DNA of 37,727 nt from a virus, in the IMG/VR virus record IMGVR_UViG_3300048848_000022, positions 1 to 37,727 of that record; one strand, 5' to 3'. Shown in pieces: positions 20,907 to 30,213 of this stretch. A program made the translations under genes and the position numbers. The notes under the pieces were generated by a model. It did not search any database and was not told where the DNA came from. It saw nothing but the letters and a program-made list of their open reading frames with translations. Position 1 is the stretch's first letter; every line of letters begins with the position of its first letter.

Positions 20907-21114
20907 TCTCTTTTTCCTTCTGTTCCTGGCGGATGACGGGCGTTTGTTCGGCCACACGGTCCAGCGCCTTACCCGTCGTTTTGGCAACCACAGCGTCTCG
21001 CTTCTGGGATTGTACGCCGTGTAAACATGTGGACAGGGTGAAGCCTAGAACGCACAGGGCGATGATGACGGCGAAGATGATGATGGCTTTGCGGGCGAAT
21101 GCTTTGGTGATCAT
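20815..21114 (-). CDS. Rz: i-spanin (Rz-like)
   Basis: N-terminal TM segment AIIIFAVIIALCVLGFTL followed by a charged periplasmic domain; downstream of the endolysin gene. Confidence 0.65.
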   Translation of the reverse strand: MITKAFARKAIIIFAVIIALCVLGFTLSTCLHGVQSQKRDAVVAKTTGKALDRVAEQTPVIRQEQKEKENEVSAIEGSDTRLPDGFARDLQRVRDRKHD

Positions 21115-21196
21115 TCCAAGCCGCTCCAGCCATCAATGAAGAAGCCCTCTCCGGCGACCCCGCCCGGAACCTGCTCGATAATCGTCTCAGTCGCTC

Positions 21197-21751
21197 TCAT
21201 GATGCATACATCTCCGCTTCTGCCGCGCGCCTCCGAATGAGGCCGTTCATGACTTTACCATCATTCTTGTTCCAGCGCGCAAACTCAGACCTAGCCCCCG
21301 CGTAATCGCCAGCTAGATGCTTTTTGAGCAGCGTGGACGACTTAAACGCCGATAGTCCCACGTTGTAAGCAAACGACACCACGGCGTCGATCTGGCCCTG
21401 CGTGGATGGCCCAGCTATCTCGCGAACGCCAGCCGCAAACTTCTCAATGTCCTGCGCGAACTTGGCGTCTGCTTGCTCGCGGGTCCACACGGTGCCGAGC
21501 TTGATCGGACGGCCATTCAGGTCAGACGTACTGCCCCAGCCAATCGTAACTGGCAAGCCATTCTTAGAGCCTGGATCGGGATATGCATTCGCCTTGAACG
21601 ACTCAAACGAATGGATCAGGTCGATTGCGTCCTGACTGACGGTCGCTGTCTCTGGTGCACTCAGAGCGCTGTTAACGCGGTCAACGTCCTGCTGAGTGAG
21701 CGCCGATCCTTTGATGACGCGAATGGCGTCGAATAGGGCTTTCTGGGTCAT
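21197..21751 (-). CDS. Endolysin, GH24 lysozyme family
   Basis: SFESFKANAYPD...TIGWG...IDAVVSFAYNVG...GLIRRRAAEAEMY. Confidence 0.85.
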   Translation of the reverse strand: MTQKALFDAIRVIKGSALTQQDVDRVNSALSAPETATVSQDAIDLIHSFESFKANAYPDPGSKNGLPVTIGWGSTSDLNGRPIKLGTVWTREQADAKFAQDIEKFAAGVREIAGPSTQGQIDAVVSFAYNVGLSAFKSSTLLKKHLAGDYAGARSEFARWNKNDGKVMNGLIRRRAAEAEMYAS

Positions 21752-21990
21752 TGCTTAGCCTCCGCAATCTTCACCTCTGCATCCGCCTTGTTGGTCTTCC
21801 ACGACTCGACGGCCTTCGCGGTGTAGATGCCAGTCACGATCAGGGCGATTGCCCCGACCAGAACGCCGCCGTCGTTTCCATTGTCAACGCGCCACGACGT
21901 AATGACCATGGCGATACCTCCGCAAAGGGAGGTCCAGATGATCGCGAACGGCCTCGCAACCTCTCCAATGAATGTCGCCAGATTCATCAC
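21748..21990 (-). CDS. Holin (two TM segments)
   Basis: 80 aa with 2 hydrophobic helices and a charged C-terminus; ATGA-coupled to the endolysin gene. Confidence 0.6.
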   Translation of the reverse strand: MMNLATFIGEVARPFAIIWTSLCGGIAMVITSWRVDNGNDGGVLVGAIALIVTGIYTAKAVESWKTNKADAEVKIAEAKQ

Positions 21991-22175
21991 AACCCTAACG
22001 CCGCAGCCAGCTTAGGAAGCACAATCGGGATCAGCGCGCCCATGCCAGCGCAGGCCCCCATGCCCCACCTAAGCATCCGTTGATTCCCAAGGGCCACCGC
22101 CTTTACTTCCTCGTGATCCATCCTGAGATGCTTTAGTTCGTTTTCCAGAACTGCGATCTTCATGTCGGCAGTCAC
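21987..22175 (-). CDS. Small protein with C-terminal TM (lysis-cassette accessory, possibly an antiholin)
   Basis: 62 aa; an amphipathic N-terminus followed by GMGACAGMGALIPIVLPKLAAALGL. Confidence 0.45.
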   Translation of the reverse strand: MTADMKIAVLENELKHLRMDHEEVKAVALGNQRMLRWGMGACAGMGALIPIVLPKLAAALGL

Positions 22176-22657
22176 TTACGACCTCCCAGAGCAGGAGAGC
22201 GCCGTAGCACAAGCAGATAATGGGAAATGCGAGCCACAGCATGACCAAGACCCGCACTCCCGACCACGACAAGTTGCGCCGCGAAACTAACATTCAACAT
22301 GACCACATAGTTGTAAGCGCCTGCGCTGGTCATAGTGCCTAGCTTCCATGCCGCAATACATAGCATATGCAAGGCGAGCTGGAAAACGATCAGGGCCAGC
22401 AGTGCAACCTTCCACTTCCTGACGTGGCGCTTGCACGCTCTCCAGACCATGAACGCAAATATCGCGTCCAGGATCGGGAACGCCAGAACAGCCTCTGGGA
22501 AGCCGTAGAGCGATGCTATTGAGTTTGTCATGCCGTATGACAGACAGAGAAGGGAAGCCACCCCAGCCGCGTCGGCATGGCGTGGTTTAGCGTCTGCCGC
22601 AGCCCATGCGTTAATCGCATAGACGAACAGACACGCAATGCCGAACGCGACCATCAT
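22172..22657 (-). CDS. Polytopic membrane protein (about 5 TM segments), unknown function
   Basis: 161 aa, five hydrophobic stretches; located between the tailspike and holin genes. Confidence 0.6.
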   Translation of the reverse strand: MMVAFGIACLFVYAINAWAAADAKPRHADAAGVASLLCLSYGMTNSIASLYGFPEAVLAFPILDAIFAFMVWRACKRHVRKWKVALLALIVFQLALHMLCIAAWKLGTMTSAGAYNYVVMLNVSFAAQLVVVGSAGLGHAVARISHYLLVLRRSPALGGRK

Positions 22658-22660
22658 GGG

Positions 22661-22906
22661 TTAAGGCTCAATCGGAAGACTGGGATCGTCAACCGGAGGC
22701 TTGTTCGTGCCGCCAGTGAAGGGGACGATCATGCCACCACCCTGGTAAGGCTCTGCGGCGTATGCCTTCTGCGCAGCGTCAAGCAACTCGTGATGCTTCA
22801 GAAGGGCTGCATCGAGCTTGCGAGCAGCCTTTCTTACATCCTTGCTTCGCTCTTCAATCTCAAGAAGGGACGCCCCGATAGCGTTGATGTGTTTCTGAGC
22901 TGTCAT
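22661..22906 (-). CDS. Hypothetical coiled-coil protein downstream of the tailspike gene
   Basis: ORF track, 81 aa. Confidence 0.5.
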   Translation of the reverse strand: MTAQKHINAIGASLLEIEERSKDVRKAARKLDAALLKHHELLDAAQKAYAAEPYQGGGMIVPFTGGTNKPPVDDPSLPIEP

Positions 22907-22938
22907 GTTTTTTCCTATTCAGTGGGTTGAGTGTATAA

Positions 22939-24960
22939 CTAGGTCTGCGTACCAACAACTGTTCCGTCGGTTCCAGAAGTCGGAGCGCCATTCTTCATGT
23001 AAAGCTTCGTTGCCTCAACCCAGAAATGGAACGGCCCCATGACGAGGTGCGGAGTGCTCCATGTTCCCGCTGACCCACCGCCAATCGCTAGGTTGCCGCC
23101 GTCGAGATTAAACTGCGTCGGTTGGTTGGGGTTGCCAGAAATCCGGTGACGAACCGTCGAGGTGCCCGCGCTTTGGATGTCGATAAGAGTTGTACTCGTC
23201 GCCTCGGTGTCCCGGAAGAAGCGAACCGTCTTGGTCCCCGTACCATCAATAGACTTCGGCGAAATGTCGAAGATGGTGTTAGAGCCTCCAGACGACCGAG
23301 CGCCAATAACGCCCATCGCATTGTTGAAGGCGAAGGCTCGCGCCTCGGGCGGAAGCTGGTTGAAGCGCCCAGGTTGGTAATCGACGTTGAAGCGCGAGAA
23401 GGTGGCCGCCGCGTCCAGAACGTAAGGCCACTCCGTCGTCCAGAACCCGTCCGTTCCGACCGCTGTCTTATAGGTGAAGTCGCTTAACTCCACGGTAAGG
23501 CGGCGTGCCGCAGAACCAACGCGGAGATTTGTGTGAATGCGGCTGGACTCGCCCTCCTGTCCAAACGCTTTGTATCCGTTCTGGTTGGACGAGCCGATGA
23601 TAACGCTGTCAGAACAGTTCAGGTAAATTCCGTCACCGTAGCCATCTTGGGCCTCCAGCATAGCCGTTTCAATGCCTTGGCCCGCGCCAATCCAGATGTT
23701 CGCATAGGTTCCTGGGGTGGCGTCTTGGCGGCAGTTGAAAATCGACTTCAGGCCGTAAATCTTGGTTGCACCCACGACGTTGTGGAATCCAGACCAGCCG
23801 TTCTTTTCGATGTATCCAAGCGAGAAGATGCTATCTGTCGATGAGTTGTAGATGCCGTGTTCTAGGCAGTGTGAAACGCGGTAGTCGTGGAAACGAACAT
23901 CAAAATCGTAGCCGTTGATGTAGATGCCTGTCTTACGGCAGTGTCCAACAGCGAATGACCAGCACGAGGCCATCTTGTACGAATACTCAGCCTGAGTGAC
24001 CTTGTCGCCAAACGGGCTGAACGACTGACCAGAGATTGCGTTCGTGACCTCAAACTCAATGCCGTGGCCCGAGCCAGCCGCTATTGTCGAGTTGCCGTCG
24101 AAGCAGATGTTATCCCAACCAAACAGCGTCGCACTCTTTGGAATGAACAGGAGCGACCCCGTGCCGGTATCCGTTCGGCGGATTTGAGTTACGCCGTAGC
24201 CCATGCCACGCAACCGCACGCGCGACTTGAGGCTAAGGTTGCTGGCCCGGTAACAGGCTGATCCGAATAGCACTACTCCGCCCGCCCGGTTGGCCGGAAG
24301 TGCGGCGACGTAGTCAATGGCCGCCTGGATCGCTGCCGTGTCATCCGTGACGCTGTCGCCAACGGCTCCGAACCACTCAACCCGAACACCAGAACCAAGC
24401 GCCACATCAACAAGCGACTGAGCGTAGGTCAGGCTGGCTGACGAAATAGTCGCCGCGCCGAGGATCGTTGAAAGTACGTTCGACAGGTCGGTGTTGGCCT
24501 TCCCGGCTACAACAGCCTCTGCCGCAGCTTGACCAGCTATGGCCCCCGCAACAGCCGCAACACCATCAGCGTCTTGAGCGGCCTGAATGGCGGCTTCTAT
24601 ATCCGCCAAAGATTGCGCGGCCTCATTTGCCGCAGTTTCTGCCGCTCCAGCAATAAGAATGTCAGCCCCAAGAGAGGCCGACAAATTGTCATAGGTGAAC
24701 GGCACGCCAGCCGGTCCGTACGGAGCCTCAACGCTGGCGCTATAGAGCGCGTCCCCGTCTGCCCATACAGCGGGGAACCTACCAGATGAGTTGGCCTCTA
24801 CCGGATTGGCAAGAGGCGTTGTTAGTGCCTCATCCGCGTAAACCGGGGCAAGCGTCGTCGTCAGGTTCAGGTAGAAATAAACCTTGGCGTTCGGAATGGG
24901 GAAGCCATCGCCATCAAGGGCGGGCATCCAGCTAGGGAGGAGAAGACGGCCTGCTGCCAT
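22939..24960 (-). CDS. Tailspike / tail fibre with pectate-lyase-type beta-helix (putative depolymerase)
   Basis: VEWFGAVGDSVTDDTAAIQAAIDYV is the pectate_lyase_3 signature. The N-terminus AKVYFYLNLTTTLAPVYADEALTTPLANPVEANSSGRFP is typical of alphaproteobacterial phage fibres. Confidence 0.75.
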   Translation of the reverse strand: MAAGRLLLPSWMPALDGDGFPIPNAKVYFYLNLTTTLAPVYADEALTTPLANPVEANSSGRFPAVWADGDALYSASVEAPYGPAGVPFTYDNLSASLGADILIAGAAETAANEAAQSLADIEAAIQAAQDADGVAAVAGAIAGQAAAEAVVAGKANTDLSNVLSTILGAATISSASLTYAQSLVDVALGSGVRVEWFGAVGDSVTDDTAAIQAAIDYVAALPANRAGGVVLFGSACYRASNLSLKSRVRLRGMGYGVTQIRRTDTGTGSLLFIPKSATLFGWDNICFDGNSTIAAGSGHGIEFEVTNAISGQSFSPFGDKVTQAEYSYKMASCWSFAVGHCRKTGIYINGYDFDVRFHDYRVSHCLEHGIYNSSTDSIFSLGYIEKNGWSGFHNVVGATKIYGLKSIFNCRQDATPGTYANIWIGAGQGIETAMLEAQDGYGDGIYLNCSDSVIIGSSNQNGYKAFGQEGESSRIHTNLRVGSAARRLTVELSDFTYKTAVGTDGFWTTEWPYVLDAAATFSRFNVDYQPGRFNQLPPEARAFAFNNAMGVIGARSSGGSNTIFDISPKSIDGTGTKTVRFFRDTEATSTTLIDIQSAGTSTVRHRISGNPNQPTQFNLDGGNLAIGGGSAGTWSTPHLVMGPFHFWVEATKLYMKNGAPTSGTDGTVVGTQT

Positions 24961-25047
24961 TTTATGACGCCTTATGGTAGATGATGTTCATGAAGATATT
25001 TTTTCTGTCGGCTCTGTTCTGGTGGCCAGCCAATCCGCTTCTTTTTG

Positions 25048-27177
25048 TCATGGCTGCGTTTCTGTTTCTTGAGCTGGCGAGATTGCGGGCAGAAGAAGCT
25101 GCTGAAGCTCTCTTGCCGCAGGGTTGTTAGCACCAAGGCGAGCGGTTGCGTTAGTCAGCCAAGCCCTGACCTCGCGAGGAGGTGGGCGATTCGAGGCTCT
25201 CGCTTGATCGGCCAGCATGACGATGCGTTCAAGTTCGTCAGCAGACCCAAGCCCCATCTGAACGATAGCGGCACGCTCTTCTGGGGACATAGTTGTACGC
25301 GCTCGGATGCGGTCAATGGTCCTGGCGATTCCGCCAAGATTGCCCATCACGCCAGTCGCCGCGTCGGTAACAGCCCCTAGCCGTTCTGCAACACCTAGCG
25401 TCTCCTCATCCATGCCGCGTCCGAATGTCTGGCTGTTCGTGTTCGGAGACACGCGCTGTGCGCGCTGTGCGCCCTGAACACGAGCCGCGATGCTGTCGAG
25501 GTAGCGTTGAGCTTCTTCCGGACCCAGAAGAGCGGAAAGGTTGTCGCGGCTGTATTGAGCCTGCGTTAGCGTGTCCAGCGAACCCGAACCGGCGTTCCGT
25601 TGCCGTCCGAGAGTGTCAAGAATATCCTGCCTGACGCCGATAATCGCCGCATCTCGTGCCTCAGGAGAAAGCGTGTCCACCCATGAGCGGAAGTCCTGCG
25701 GATCGGTCGAGAAAATGTCGGGGCGATTGTCGATGACATCTGCGGCTCCAGACAGCGCCCGATATTGCGCACGGGCAGGAGCTAGAGCCTCCACCCCTTC
25801 TAGTGCCGTGTCAATCTGAGCCTCGCGCCCGAACAGTCCGCCCGCAATGTCACGCGTGTCAGGCCGCTGCTGCATGGCCTGAGCGCGACCGCGCATAGCA
25901 ATACGAACGCGGTCAATCGTTCCTGCCGAAACAGGAGCGGTGTCGCCAGCAATCAGGCCGTCAATCTCTGCAACCTGATTGGCATCTTGGCGGGCCACAG
26001 CCGCAGACCGAGCACGACGAAGGGCAGCCCGGCCCGGCTCGTCGGAGATGGCCGCAAGCAGGTCGTTGGTGACCTCCACGGGCGTCGCGTAGGCCTCCGG
26101 ATACATTTCGTCAGCCAGACGACTGCGTGTATCTAGCAGCCCCTCACGCACAGCCTCTGCCGAGCGAGGATCATCAGAAAGACCACGCGTCACGCTCATG
26201 ACTTCAGGACGAAGATTGGCTTGGCGCTGCACCGCACCCTGAACTGCCATCTCCGCACCTGGACCAGCAGGACCGGCAGCGGTGCGAACAAGGCGCTCCG
26301 CAGTCCCGCCGAGAACATCCATGGCTGCGGGCTCAAGGCCAAGATCAATCAGGCGCTGGCGTTCAATCAGTGATTCTGGAGTGACGAACTCAGAGAGACG
26401 CGACGCAGCGGACATTTCAGGCGTGACGTTTCCGCGAGCACGCACACGCCCAGAAGGATTGACAATGGAGTTCAGACCGCGACTTGCGGCACCCGTCGCG
26501 CGAGATACCAATGGCGCGGCAGCTTGCAATGCACCACCAGTCACGCCACCGACAGCCGCGCCGGTTCCTAGGCCAGCCAAACGACTTGCGTAGCCATCTT
26601 CTGCCGCGCCTGCTCCATACAGGCCACCATACCCAGCGCCAAGAGTTGCAGCCCGAACGATCTGTGTCGCACCTTGAGCACCGCGCACATAGGCGGAGCC
26701 TGGGGCAGCAACACCAGCCGCGAAGCCTGATACGCCGCCAATGTTGCGCGCTAGTGGCTGCTCTTCGCGGTCGATCTGACTGGCCATGCGCTGCGTTTCA
26801 CGAACGTAGTCGTATGAGTCTCCATTCAGCTTTGCAACCGTCCAAGCAGCGGCCTCGTCTAGGAACGGGATTTGCTCTGCCGCACCCGCAGCAAACGCGC
26901 CGAGAGGATTGGCGTTGGCGCGGATTGCTTCTGACCCCGGAGTGACTTGCAGGTCATTAGCCCACGGCATGTTGCCACGCACAACCACATCAGCCTCTGG
27001 AAGGTATTGCCCTGATCCAGCATAGCCCTCTTCACCGGGCAGAATAACAGGCCGAGCAAGCGGGTTCGCATCTCCAGTCAGGTTACGATAGCGCGTCTCA
27101 GCCTGCTCGCGTTCTTCAATGCGCGGGTCAGTTTTGCGTGAACGCACAATGGGGTCATTGTCCCACGGATTCGCCAT
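25048..27177 (-). CDS. Ejection / internal virion protein (P22 gp16 position, 709 aa)
   Basis: Size, synteny and Ala/Gly-rich composition; TAATG overlap with the upstream gene. Confidence 0.5.
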   Translation of the reverse strand: MANPWDNDPIVRSRKTDPRIEEREQAETRYRNLTGDANPLARPVILPGEEGYAGSGQYLPEADVVVRGNMPWANDLQVTPGSEAIRANANPLGAFAAGAAEQIPFLDEAAAWTVAKLNGDSYDYVRETQRMASQIDREEQPLARNIGGVSGFAAGVAAPGSAYVRGAQGATQIVRAATLGAGYGGLYGAGAAEDGYASRLAGLGTGAAVGGVTGGALQAAAPLVSRATGAASRGLNSIVNPSGRVRARGNVTPEMSAASRLSEFVTPESLIERQRLIDLGLEPAAMDVLGGTAERLVRTAAGPAGPGAEMAVQGAVQRQANLRPEVMSVTRGLSDDPRSAEAVREGLLDTRSRLADEMYPEAYATPVEVTNDLLAAISDEPGRAALRRARSAAVARQDANQVAEIDGLIAGDTAPVSAGTIDRVRIAMRGRAQAMQQRPDTRDIAGGLFGREAQIDTALEGVEALAPARAQYRALSGAADVIDNRPDIFSTDPQDFRSWVDTLSPEARDAAIIGVRQDILDTLGRQRNAGSGSLDTLTQAQYSRDNLSALLGPEEAQRYLDSIAARVQGAQRAQRVSPNTNSQTFGRGMDEETLGVAERLGAVTDAATGVMGNLGGIARTIDRIRARTTMSPEERAAIVQMGLGSADELERIVMLADQARASNRPPPREVRAWLTNATARLGANNPAARELQQLLLPAISPAQETETQP

Positions 27178-28958
27178 TAGCGTTTCTGCCTCAGTTGGCC
27201 GTCAGGCGTAAGGAAGTACGAACCCGAGGGAATGTTGTTGTAGCTTTGCGTGGCGCTTGACGGATTGATCAGGCGAGGATTTTCACGCGATCCTGCACGT
27301 CTTGCGGACCCGCCAGATTCAGCGCGTCCGTTCTGGCTTACCCACGCTTGCTGTTGCGGAGACAGTTCAAAGCGAACGCGTGGACCTTGCTGTCCGCCAC
27401 CGGGCTGAGCTGGTGCAACCCGGTCAGGACTCAGGCCATACTGAGCCGCCAAGTCGCGCTGTCGATTAACCACCTCTTGATAGTTAGCCTGACGGTCACG
27501 CATCATGCCGTTTGCCGTGCGGAAGAACTCCGAGCGCTGCCTATCCGTCAATCGCTCACCATTCAGCGCCTTGTTATAGGCGTTGACGACGTTCTCAGCG
27601 ATTCCGCCCGTATTCTGAGCGTTGGCGAACTCGCCTTCACGCACAACGGACGTAGGGTCAAGCACCTTCATGAAGGCAAAGATCAACGCCAGATCGTCCT
27701 GAGCGCTGACGTTGCGACCGTCGCGAACCTGGCCAGCAATCCGACCTATGGTCTGGATATGGGGGCGGACAAGCGCCAGCTCTTTTGCTGCCGGGTTGTT
27801 GCCGATGTCGGTGCGAAGTTGCCTCTCTTGCGTGAAGTTTCTTGCAGCCGAAGCCGCCTGTTGCGCAGCGGTTTCTTGCGGTGCCTGCGCGGCGGACACA
27901 ACGCGTGCTCCGCCCGATCCTTGCGAAGGACCGCGTGTTCCGTTTTCAAACTCATTAATGGCCTGAAACGCTTCTGCTCGACGACTTTCAGGAATAGGAT
28001 CATCAACCCCGATCCCAAGGCGCTGAGCTACATACTGCGCGTAAGCCTGCGTTGGATTGTTGTCGGATGGTGGAGCCCATCGGTTAATGACCTGAGCAGG
28101 GGTAACCACGCCACGACGTGCATAGGAGCCGAGAAGCTGTGCGCCAGCGTTCACACCGTCCTGAGGCGTCTCAAAAACAGCAAAGCGCCCATCAGACCCT
28201 TTATAACCAGGAAGAGAACGAGCAAACGGCCCGTCTTCGATGTTACCTGGGTTGTTGTTGCGAATCCCGCGTGGCTGGCCACCACCCGCTGAAGCTGCGC
28301 GAGGCGTGACCTCGATTAGTTCTCTGGTCGGATCGCGCTGGATATACTCAGGCGAACGCGTATCAACAAGCGCCTCCCCCCTGACCGGGTCATACAGAAC
28401 GCTATTGTTAGCAACCGTAATGGGCTGTTGATCGGGATTAAGGCGGCGAACCTCTTGGCCAGTGATCGTGTCAACCACCGACGCCCCTCGACCTGAGCCG
28501 AAGTTTACAATCTCAAGCTTACGCGCCTGCTCTCCAATGACATTCTCGATCTGGTCGAGGAGGGCGGGGTTAGCGGCGATCTGCTGAGCGATGGCGTCGA
28601 ACTGCGCGGGATCGGTTCCCATCGCAGCAAACGCGGGACGATACTGCTCCACGAGCGCGCCAAGGTCTTGGTTTTCTGAACGGGCGCGTTTGAGCGTTCG
28701 CACGACCTGAAGTGTCGTTGCAAGCTGCTGCGCTTGCTGCTCTTTCGTAGCCGCCGCCTGCCTATCCTGCATAGCGATCTGGTCGCCCTGCAACTGACGA
28801 ACGCCTTGGATGTTTCCACCGGCTCCAAGAGCCTGCATCGCCTGTGCATAGTTGCCGCCAGCCAGCGCACGACCGGCGCGCATCTGGTCCTGCTGCTGAA
28901 ACAGGCCATCAACAAGCTGTTGACCTTGTTGGACGCCTTGCCAAACGTTAACCGCCAT
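27177..28958 (-). CDS. Ejection / internal virion protein (P22 gp20 position) with conserved RNNNPGNI domain
   Basis: GIRNNNPGNIEDGPFA...GRFAVFETPQDGVNAGAQLL...INRWAPPSDNNPTQAY. ATG 28958 is preferred over the track start 29021. Confidence 0.5.
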   Translation of the reverse strand: MAVNVWQGVQQGQQLVDGLFQQQDQMRAGRALAGGNYAQAMQALGAGGNIQGVRQLQGDQIAMQDRQAAATKEQQAQQLATTLQVVRTLKRARSENQDLGALVEQYRPAFAAMGTDPAQFDAIAQQIAANPALLDQIENVIGEQARKLEIVNFGSGRGASVVDTITGQEVRRLNPDQQPITVANNSVLYDPVRGEALVDTRSPEYIQRDPTRELIEVTPRAASAGGGQPRGIRNNNPGNIEDGPFARSLPGYKGSDGRFAVFETPQDGVNAGAQLLGSYARRGVVTPAQVINRWAPPSDNNPTQAYAQYVAQRLGIGVDDPIPESRRAEAFQAINEFENGTRGPSQGSGGARVVSAAQAPQETAAQQAASAARNFTQERQLRTDIGNNPAAKELALVRPHIQTIGRIAGQVRDGRNVSAQDDLALIFAFMKVLDPTSVVREGEFANAQNTGGIAENVVNAYNKALNGERLTDRQRSEFFRTANGMMRDRQANYQEVVNRQRDLAAQYGLSPDRVAPAQPGGGQQGPRVRFELSPQQQAWVSQNGRAESGGSARRAGSRENPRLINPSSATQSYNNIPSGSYFLTPDGQLRQKR

Positions 28959-28960
28959 GT

Positions 28961-29764
28961 TTAGCGCCTCCCAAGGAACTGATTGACTCCAGCCCCGACA
29001 GCCCCGCCAATACCCGACCACAGATTGGCGTTGTTAGCACCCTGTTGAGCGTAGCTAGACGCCAAGTTCTGAGCGTTGTTTCCAAGAACCTGACCCATGC
29101 TGTTCGCGAAGTTCTGACCTGCGGCGGCTGTGTTTTGCGCCGCCGTCTGGCCAACACCTGCCAGAGCAGACAGGCGGTTGGCGTAATTGTTGAACTCGCC
29201 GCTGGCTAAGTTGCCGGATAGCTGCAATGCCGACCTTTGGGCCGCGCCGCTGTCTTGAATGCCCAAGGCCGCGTTACGCGCTGTCAGCGCACGCATTTGC
29301 TCATTCTGACGGAAATTATAGTCAGGCGACGTGAAGAAACCGGCCATTCCGCTGGCAACTGGCGTAGCACCAGCTTGGGTCGTCCCTACTTGTGGGCTTG
29401 AGTTCGGGCTTGCGTAACCATAAGACCCATTGGAGAAGTCCATTCCTCCCTGCGATAGCATTTTTGCAGTCGCCGGTAGGCCCGCGTTATATCCTGAGGA
29501 CGCACCCTGACCGGTCGTAGGCGTCATTCCGGTTGGAAGACTATAAAGAGATGCCAACTGACCTAGTGCGCCAGTTCCGACGTTAAGCCAGGGCTGTTGA
29601 TTGGCCTGACCAATGTCAAACTGTCTGCGCTGTTCGGCTATGGTGGCGTCAGTCGCTTGTTGGGATGCCTGAGCGCCTTGCTTAGCTGCTTTGTTCTGCG
29701 CGTTAGCGCCGATGGCTGCACCTGCGACGCCAGCAATGGCCGGGATGAACGGAACTACTGGCAC
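28961..29764 (-). CDS. Gly/Ala/Gln/Asn-rich ejection protein (P22 gp7 position)
   Basis: 267 aa of low-complexity composition; synteny. Confidence 0.5.
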   Translation of the reverse strand: MPVVPFIPAIAGVAGAAIGANAQNKAAKQGAQASQQATDATIAEQRRQFDIGQANQQPWLNVGTGALGQLASLYSLPTGMTPTTGQGASSGYNAGLPATAKMLSQGGMDFSNGSYGYASPNSSPQVGTTQAGATPVASGMAGFFTSPDYNFRQNEQMRALTARNAALGIQDSGAAQRSALQLSGNLASGEFNNYANRLSALAGVGQTAAQNTAAAGQNFANSMGQVLGNNAQNLASSYAQQGANNANLWSGIGGAVGAGVNQFLGRR

Positions 29765-30213
29765 GTTTTAAATCTCCGACCCACAGCAGAAGCAAACCAT
29801 GCTTCTCTCGGCAAAATCCATAACCTAAGCTTATAACCGAAACCACAGTCTTTGTAATCCCCTACGGGCTTCCATCCATGTGACCTCGGCGGACGTGTTC
29901 TCCAGCGCCCCTCTTGTTCATGCGTAGTGATGAGAGAGCAATGATTAAACGCCTCATTCATGAAGTGAGGGGCGTTCTTCGCTACCTCTCTCCCCCATCC
30001 GGAAGGACGATACATAGTGTGAAGTTCACGTACCAACCCAACCAAGTCCATACGGACAAAAAGGAGTCCTCCGTTCTCGCTTGCCAGAGGAAGGCACCCG
30101 TCATGCTCTACTAGACCCGCCAGCGATCCCGCTTCTTTTCCCATGAATACATATGGCGCAACCTCTGGATGCTGCGCCACCGAGTCCCAGAAAGAAGCGT
30201 CGCGGTTAATCAT
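29755..30213 (-). CDS. Hypothetical virion-module protein (P22 gp14 position)
   Basis: 152 aa; ATGA overlap with the upstream gene. Confidence 0.45.
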   Translation of the reverse strand: MINRDASFWDSVAQHPEVAPYVFMGKEAGSLAGLVEHDGCLPLASENGGLLFVRMDLVGLVRELHTMYRPSGWGREVAKNAPHFMNEAFNHCSLITTHEQEGRWRTRPPRSHGWKPVGDYKDCGFGYKLRLWILPREAWFASAVGRRFKTCQ

